The notes beneath the pieces are model-generated. The model was not told where the DNA came from. It was given only the letters and a program-made list of their open reading frames with translations, and ran no database searches. A stretch of 64,000 bases of DNA from contig JAQGDQ010000508.1 in the NCBI GenBank assembly GCA_030141605.1, positions 1 through 64,000 of the forward strand, given 5' to 3'. Below, in pieces: positions 56,545 to 64,000 of this stretch (position 1 is the stretch's first letter; each line of letters opens with the position of its first letter). Source of the DNA: Tubiluchus corallicola (lineage: Eukaryota > Animalia > Priapulida). Both the position numbers and the translations under genes were made by a program.

Positions 56545-57510
56545 TCTGAACGTTCAGCAGTTCACGAACATTCAGCAGTTTACGAATATTCGACAGTTTA
56601 CGAAAATTCAACCATTTACGAACATTCAACAGTTTACGAACATCCAACAGTTCAAGAACATTCAACAGTTTACGAACATTCAACAGTTTACGAACATTCA
56701 ACAGTTTACGAACATTCAATAGATTACGAACATTCAACAGTTTACGAACATTCAACAGTTTACGAACATTCAACAGTTTACGAACATTCAATAGTTTACG
56801 AACATTCAACAGTTTACGAACATTCAATAGTTTACGAACATTCAACAGTTCAAGAACATTCAACAGTTTACGAATATTCAACAGTTTACGAAAATTCAAT
56901 AGTTTACGAACATTCAACAGTTTACGAACATTCAACAGTTTACGAATATTCAACAGTTTACGAAAATTCAATAGTTTACGAACATTCAACAGTTTACGAA
57001 CATTCAACAGTTCAAGATCATTCGACCATTTACGAACATTCAACAGTTTATGAACATTCAACAGCTTACGAACATTCAACAGTTTACGGACAGTCAACAG
57101 TTTTTGAACATTCAACAGTTTACGAACATTCAACAGTTTACAAACATTCAACAGTTCAAGAACATTCAACAGTTTACGAACATTCAACAGTTCAAGAACA
57201 TTCAACAGTTCAAGAACATTCAACAGTTTACGAACATTCAACAGTTTACGAACATTCAACAGTTTACGAACATTCAACAGTTTACGAACATTCAACAGTT
57301 TATGAACATTCAACAGTTCAAGAACATTCAACAGACAGTTTACGAACATTCAACAGTTTACGAACATTCAATAGTTTACGAAAATTCAACAGTTTACGAA
57401 CATTCAACAGTTCAAGAACATTCAACAGTTTACGAACATTTAACAGTTTACGAACATTTAACAGTTTATGACCAATCAACAGTTTATTAACATTCAACAG
57501 TTCATATTCA
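56545..57510. repeat. 18-bp minisatellite, about 50 copies
   Basis: Unit ACGAACATTCAACAGTTT; source of the NIQQFT / LLNVRK ORFs. Confidence 0.98.
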
Positions 57511-57580
57511 ACAAAACGTTTAATGCGTTTTCTACCAGAATTACAAAGTGTCTGAAGTACGTTAAAGTTGATTTTAGCCT

Positions 57581-57696
<116 letters not shown>

Positions 57697-57699
57697 GTA

Positions 57700-57945
57700 T
57701 ATATATTTTTTCATGTGATTTTTTCTGTGACTTTTTTATCCGTGACTTATATATATATATACTCAATGCACTTTTTTACCCGTGCATATATATATAAGTC
57801 ACGGATAAAAAAGTCGCAGAAAAAATCACATGAAAAAAGTCACAGGAAAAAAGGCACAATAAAAAAGAAATATCCCTAACCCTAACCCTACCCCTAGCCA
57901 AAATTAACTGTGATTTTTTTTCCTGTGACTTTATTACCGGTAACT
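57700..57945. mobile_element. MITE with TAACCC core (family of 5297-5507) with an inverted duplication of one end
   Basis: AAGTCACAGGAAAAAAGGCACA..CCCTAACCCTAACCC..TTTTCCTGTGAC; 57706-57838 is a hairpin. Confidence 0.65.
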
Positions 57946-58758
57946 TCGAATTACTGGTCCTTGCGCCTGGATTATATTCAAAGGTATCTCTCCTACTCAA
58001 CTTTTTGTCAAAAGATTTCATTATTTCCTATTAACATTTGACAGCGAGGTAGCAAAGAATCGTGTTTGCTCTAAGATAACCTAGATATTTGTCAGCATGG
58101 CCGTGCAAGTTCAGATATCAATTTTTCTTTCATCTCCTATAATCGAATTCTCCCATTTCTAATGGCTTGATCGAGCTTTTGAGTTGGGTGAGTTGTGTTA
58201 TTGAATGTGTTTGCTTTGTGTCAATAAAATCTTTTCATTATCAATCAAATGCGGTTCACTTTTAGTATGATTCGACTAGGATTTGAAAAGGTTGTAAATG
58301 CATGCAAATGCAAACCTTAAACGCAAATGCTACAGTCTCCGGTAAGCACATTAGTTACGTCCTAGGTTCAACATCCGGTACGTTGTCAGTTAATAAACAA
58401 AAGTTGTGGGCGGAGCAGACCTTTCTGAGCGAAGCAATATTTAGGTCCACAAGTCAAGGATTATTGTACAAGCATACATGACGTCCTAGAATACGACGAC
58501 CCATGGCCTATATTTTTGCTTTCTAGAAATGCTCTCTTACCTGTCCCTTTATAAGAAACCCAGGCGTCACTGATGATAATCTCGTGTGGTGGTACAGAGC
58601 ATGTAAGCTGAATCTAAACTGGATAATTTAAATAAGGTAATTATAATTCTTAGTGAAAGCCTAGGTGATATTATCTGTTTATTTCAAGTGAAAAATGGTT
58701 GTATGAAGTATGTTTTTGATTTTGGTAAGTAATTTTAAGTTTTGTTTGATTATTACAG

Positions 58759-58943
58759 TTGGATCCAAGCACGTTAGTGTTGCAAATGGCGCCATCTGTC
58801 GACCACCAAGTCAATGCAATGTTGGATTTCATGAAGCGCTACAACTGGCGTCACTTTGCTATATTGACTATGAAATACATAGCTGGCTATGATAATTTCA
58901 TACAAGCTGTCAGGCGAGAAGTGGACCAAAGAAATGATCATCA
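58759..58943 (+). CDS. Nmdar2: Second coding exon of the GluN2/Nmdar2-like gene (amino-terminal domain); gene continues beyond the window
   Basis: The acceptor TTTGATTATTACAG| ends at 58758, phase 0, in frame with the previous exon. LDPSTLVLQMAPSVDHQVNAMLDFMKRYNWRHFAILTMKYIAGYDNFIQAVR matches the GluN2 motif LQLAPSIEHQ..AML..L.RY.W..F..VT..IAG.D.F.QAVR. The donor CA|GTAAGT is at 58943/58944 (phase 2). The track's initial M is really TTG = Leu. Confidence 0.93.
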
Positions 58944-59594
58944 GTAAGTTCCTATTTTTGATAACAGTTCCAGGCAAATAATAATTTCTTAGGGTGATGT
59001 TAATAATTTGACCGTGCGGCCATAATATGGTGCTTTGTTGTAGTTTTCTTTGACACCAGGGTGCATGAAATCACATTGTAGTATGAAGTATCACACTGAA
59101 CATAGAAGTAACGGGTATGCTCCCTACTTATAGGTCCAAAATAAACGAATTTATATTTTTCAATACCTAGTATTGGTGGTACTGAATTTGAATAGAATAC
59201 ATTGCAATTTGGGAAAAAATTGAAAATTTCAAATACTGGTGGGTGAATTCGTTTACCAAAAAACAAGCAGAAAAATATGTGCAGAAAATGTTACTTAGTA
59301 GCATGTGATATTGAATTTAGTTAAAATCTTATGAATGTATTCAAAGAAAGATTGGATATAAGTTTGAGTTATTATATCTGTATGAAGAACATTGTGTCTT
59401 CTGTATGTGTTTCGTTTGCCAAGTATATTGTAGTCGTATTTTATTTTGTATGTACGTGATGCTCATTATATCCGTTACGTGTCGTGTAAGTGACGTGGTA
59501 ATTTATATTCATGAAAGTGAGGAATACTTTTTGTTGGATATTCCTTGTTTTTGTTCATTAGCAGATGCACTGTATATGTCTGTATTATGCCTGT

Positions 59595-60550
59595 ATATAA
59601 TATATAATATAATAATAATCTTTATTGCATTTAATGTAGACAAACTGTACTGTACAAAATACTTATACATAAAATTTTTGTGTACAAACAGTCAGAAGAC
59701 TGATGAAAGCAATAGTGTCTACTAAATTTACTTTAAAATCTGCTATCATTAATTAATTCTACTTAATTTGAACAGTCACAAAATTCTAACATTGCAACAC
59801 AAAACAAAAAATCACATTTGTACACACAAACAAAAAAACAATGTAACATTTACAAGTTTTACAACTGCACAACAATTAAAAAAATCAAAATTAGCACAAA
59901 GGAACTAATAGTAATAAATAATACAATACTGATTAATTGCAAATTTATAAAATCCACTACTGCTATAATTTAATAAACAATACAAACATAAACTTCAAAC
60001 ATCATTACAACTTTGATTAGAATGCTCTTATAATAATAATATGCCACGTCATAATCATTGGAAGTTTACCACAATGACATTATGAAATCATTATTGATTC
60101 CGCACATGATTTTATCTCCTTTATTCGCTGGTTTTCTGTAGTTTCTTAACAGAGTATTTCTTATTTCAGTTTTAAAGCTTTTAATATTAATTGCTGATTT
60201 TATATTAGAAGAGGCTAAATTCCAAATGCTAATGGCCGTCTTTGAAATTGAATAATGCATGTTGATTATTCGTTTGAATCTGTTTAACATTGGACGTTCG
60301 TTTATTAATTTGTTGGTCTTTAATAAAAGGTATTCTATTATTACAGAATGCTGGACTCAAGTTATTTAAATATTTGTATAGGAAGATTAGGCTGTAATAC
60401 TACAAGTATGCTTCGATGATAGGAATATTTAATTTTTCCCTATTTGTTGTAGCGGAGTGAGGTTCTGTTTCTTAATTTTGCCTTTAATCAGTGTTTTAAG
60501 TACTAATACGAAAATTAAAATACGTCTTAGATACGTGCGCTTGTATTTGC
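59595..60550 (-). mobile_element. 3' portion of an L2/CR1-group LINE with 3' UTR and tail
   Basis: ISIWNLASSNIKSAINIKSFKTEIRNTLL matches WN.LP..IK......FK..L at the ORF2 C-terminus, followed by AATAAA and a (TTA)n tail at about 59595-59626. Confidence 0.65.
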
Positions 60551-60984
60551 TTACAAATACATTCAGTATAATATGCTAGTTTATACTTTCTGTTTGCAAG
60601 TCAGCTCAATCAAGTAAACGCAAGTAACGCATTCTACTGTAACTCCGTAATGTGCATACGGCGTGTCATAAAAATAGCGTTTGCGAGCTTTTACTAATGG
60701 AGTAATGTCTGTCGCATGCCTAATACACGTGAGTATAGGGAGAAGACAAAATTCCATCATAACAAATTGTTTGTGATTTCCCTTGCTAATTAGAGGTAGT
60801 TTAAATGCGTATTGTTAATTATTACAGAGTGGCGTGAACGGGCTGTCTACGCTAGTTAACTTGCACTTCTAACTGGGATTTAATTAACGGAAAATTACAC
60901 TGAAACTTAAACTATACCTGAAAACTAACTATCTTATAAAATTTTGTAAGGGAACAATGTTACAAAATTTTGTAATAATTTTTC

Positions 60985-61475
60985 TAGAATGACTTACGTG
61001 AAAAAAATATTAGTTCACAAACGTAATTTTGGATTCGGGCGATTAATTCTTCGCTGTTATACGCTGTTATACGCTGCTATACGCATTTCGCCATTCGCTA
61101 GTTAGATGGGCATTAGCGCTTGTATCTCGGACATGCGCTACACAAAACGGGTGCTGTACCGCTTAGTTTAGAGATGTTCAGTTGTAACATAGTGCACACG
61201 AAAGCTCATGCGTGAGCATAGCGGTTAACCTTGAAATTTTAATTCAAAATTTTAAATTTTAAACATGCAACACGCTGAGGAATGTTTGTGCTATTGACAA
61301 TTATGTTCAGTTGTGACGTCAGCACTAGTTGGGCTCGCCCGCCATTAATTCAGTTTTTAACATATTATTTAATTATCATCAATATTTTGGCATTATATAG
61401 GTATTAAAATGTGTACTATTGCCGCATTACTTCAAAATGGGATATGATGGCAAAAATCGTCCTGTTTTCCTTTAA
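60985..61475 (-). mobile_element. Kolobok-like family A, inverted and partial
   Basis: Ends AAAAATCGTCCTGTTTTCCT|TTAA, the reverse complement of the family A left end. The body includes GCATTTCGCCATTCGCTAGTTAGA. Confidence 0.78.
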
Positions 61476-62229
61476 TAACCAGTTTAAATCACAGCTGCAT
61501 GTGCTGAAAACAAGCTAGTAAAGTTGAAGTACATTTCTTTGAAGAATTAGTGTAGGTACATCGGTAGTAAAATCCCAGAACTTGCTTTACGTGCAGAGAT
61601 TTGAAATCGTAGTGGAATCTCTACAGCATGGAGAAAATAGATCTGCTGACAGGAACAGTTTTAAAGTCACAAGTGGAATTTAATCTTTTTCTCGTGTAGA
61701 AATTCAAAATATATTTAATACTTGTTAGTGGTGTCTAATGCATTTACTGGGTTAGTGCCGTGATGCATATGCTTGAAATGTACTATAAGGTTGGTGTCTC
61801 GAATATTATGATGTAGGCCTATATTGATGGTGTATCAATAGGTAGAGCGTGTAACCTATCTATGTATCTTATTTGGGTTCTTATAGGTCTTATATATATA
61901 TATATACGCAAAACATGAAACTATATATAACTATATATAATAGTTTTATTTGCCATAAAATAATGATTATAAACATTATACAATGCATTAAATCATTCAG
62001 TGTACCTAAGTAAGGATTTACACTGTTAGCTATCAAATGCGTCCTGCTAGAAATTAAAACTACTAGTGCAATGTAGTGCATAAAAACACAAGCATTTAAA
62101 TACAGATAAAATTATAGCACACGATAAAATGTACAAGCACAAGCACACTAATTACCCAATACGATGTTGATAATGACTATAGGACAAACAATCAGTATAA
62201 TTAATTAACTCGTGTCCAACAAATATTTA

Positions 62230-62315
62230 TATATATATACCACACATACACATACATACACACACATACACACACACACACACGCACGCGCACGCGCACG
62301 CGCACGCGCACACGC

Positions 62316-62352
<37 letters not shown>
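62230..62352. repeat. (TA)/(CA)n/(CACGCG)n alternating purine-pyrimidine tract
   Basis: Seen directly. Confidence 0.95.
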
Positions 62353-62356
<4 letters not shown>

Positions 62357-64000
62357 GTGCAGTTCATGAACCCGGGCCATGTGTTTTACTGCAATTGCTT
62401 TCTCGGTTGCTAACTTTAATTACACTTTTTTACCAGCAGCCATTATTGTGATGATGTATCCTTGTCTAAAATTTGTCTATGCACAAGTTGCCGTTTTTAT
62501 AATAACCTTTTGAAACTTGCGTTTAGTTACGCGGAATCTCTATGAGCTTAGAAACGCCATTGTCCTTACTGCAGCTTGCATGCGGTACGCAAAATTAAAA
62601 ATGTTGACAAAAGCAACAACTATGACCTACAACGAAACGAAACGATTATACGAAATTAAGGTTGTCAACAGGCTTAAAATGTCACACGGTCACACCCATC
62701 CAAGTACTTTCAAGTCTGAGCATTGTTTTTACTTTTATGCAACGCTTATATGGATGCTTTAACAATAATTTGAAATCTTCATTCAAATTACCATTGTCTG
62801 TGTGTGAACAGAACTCACCATATAAATTTTACACGCAAGTCCACAATTGTTAACATTTTGCAAACGTCATCTGTAATAGAATTTGCGAAATTGTAAATTA
62901 TAAGACAAAAGACACTTTGTCGGGTTTGAAAGCTTCGCATAAAACAATTACTAGCTGAGAAGCTCGTCAACTTTTGAGCAAGCTGATTAAACGTTATTAC
63001 CATGCATGCACGCAGGTCTAGTTATCTGTCTGCGTGATAATGATAGTGTCAAAACCGCCATTTCCGAGTTATTGGCTTGTCACTATTTATGTAGGCTGTG
63101 CGAGTGCGGTGCATGGTTTACAAGCTAATACATGTAACTTTAAACCTGCTCAGACAGTTCGAGAAGTTTCAATGGAGAAACTCAGTGAAATACTATTACT
63201 CTGATACGATTAGAGTTAAAATGTTTAACTGTAATCATGCAAGCAAATATATATAAATCCCGAATAGGTAAAAATATCTGAAATTCAAATTTTCTGTAAA
63301 ATTATCGTGAAGGCTACTGAACCATTTTTGAATTCAATGTGTTAGGTTTCATACCGAACAGCGAATTTAAATAGTAGAATGCTAAGAATGACAATAGAAT
63401 GAAATGTTTTCTACGTACGAAGTTTCTTACGTCAGTTTCTAAGAAACCGAATCAATTTTAACATTGTAAAATATTCTGTCTTCTATATCCATATGAATTC
63501 GTGATATTACTCATCAATTTTCTTCTCACTCACAGATTGTGAAACACAGAGACCATTTCAACCGCTTGCAATAACTTACGCTTTTTGGATTCATTTTTAT
63601 CCTGTAAACGCTTCTCTTTTGCATCATTTACCAAATCTATTCGGTTTCATATTGCATATGCCATGCACGAATGCAGTTGTCAATACTATTCATGCTGTCG
63701 CTCTTTCTATAAAAACGTTTTATATCGGAGTAATGTTTTCAGGATTTCATGCAACTACATACGGGTTATAAGTGCATAAACTATATAAAATTTTCAATTA
63801 ACTTTTTAGGAAAATAATATGCAGAAGTTTTGCCTAAATAGTAAAATTTAATTATAGTATCTTTATAGTAACAACGTCGAAGCGAAATTCAATAAATTCA
63901 CAGTACTAGTAGTATTTTTATTGTCATTATGACCAACAAGATTACATGTATATTTACACTAACGATACGTGGAACCCGCAATGTTACAACACAAATATTA

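Noticed and set aside
58944-64000. Further Nmdar2 exons
   Set aside because: I found no frame with recognisable GluN2 motifs; a short divergent exon cannot be excluded by eye.

Overview
AT-rich, repeat-dense animal (invertebrate-type) genomic DNA with no prokaryotic features. The only host gene I can support is the 5' part of an NMDA-type glutamate receptor GluN2/Nmdar2-like gene on the + strand. It has two coding exons (47329-47823 and 58759-58943) separated by a 10.9-kb GT-AG intron, and it continues beyond the window. The rest is intergenic or intronic. It includes a near-perfect inverted duplication (arms of at least 1.84 kb around a 1.78-kb spacer, 1-5430), at least four families of TTAA-flanked Kolobok-like non-autonomous DNA transposons, a piggyBac-like element nested in one of them, small MITEs, a tRNA-derived SINE family, 5S-derived fragments, decayed LINE fragments, minisatellites and many microsatellites. 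Most ORFs in the supplied track are repeat artefacts. The most interesting points are (i) a tandem duplication of the receptor's splice donor that creates an in-frame alternative donor, (ii) a LINE embedded in a (GA/TC)n microsatellite, and (iii) the large palindrome whose inner junctions resemble transposon ends. I found no convincing novel multi-gene system. All identities and family assignments are by eye, and no database search was run.
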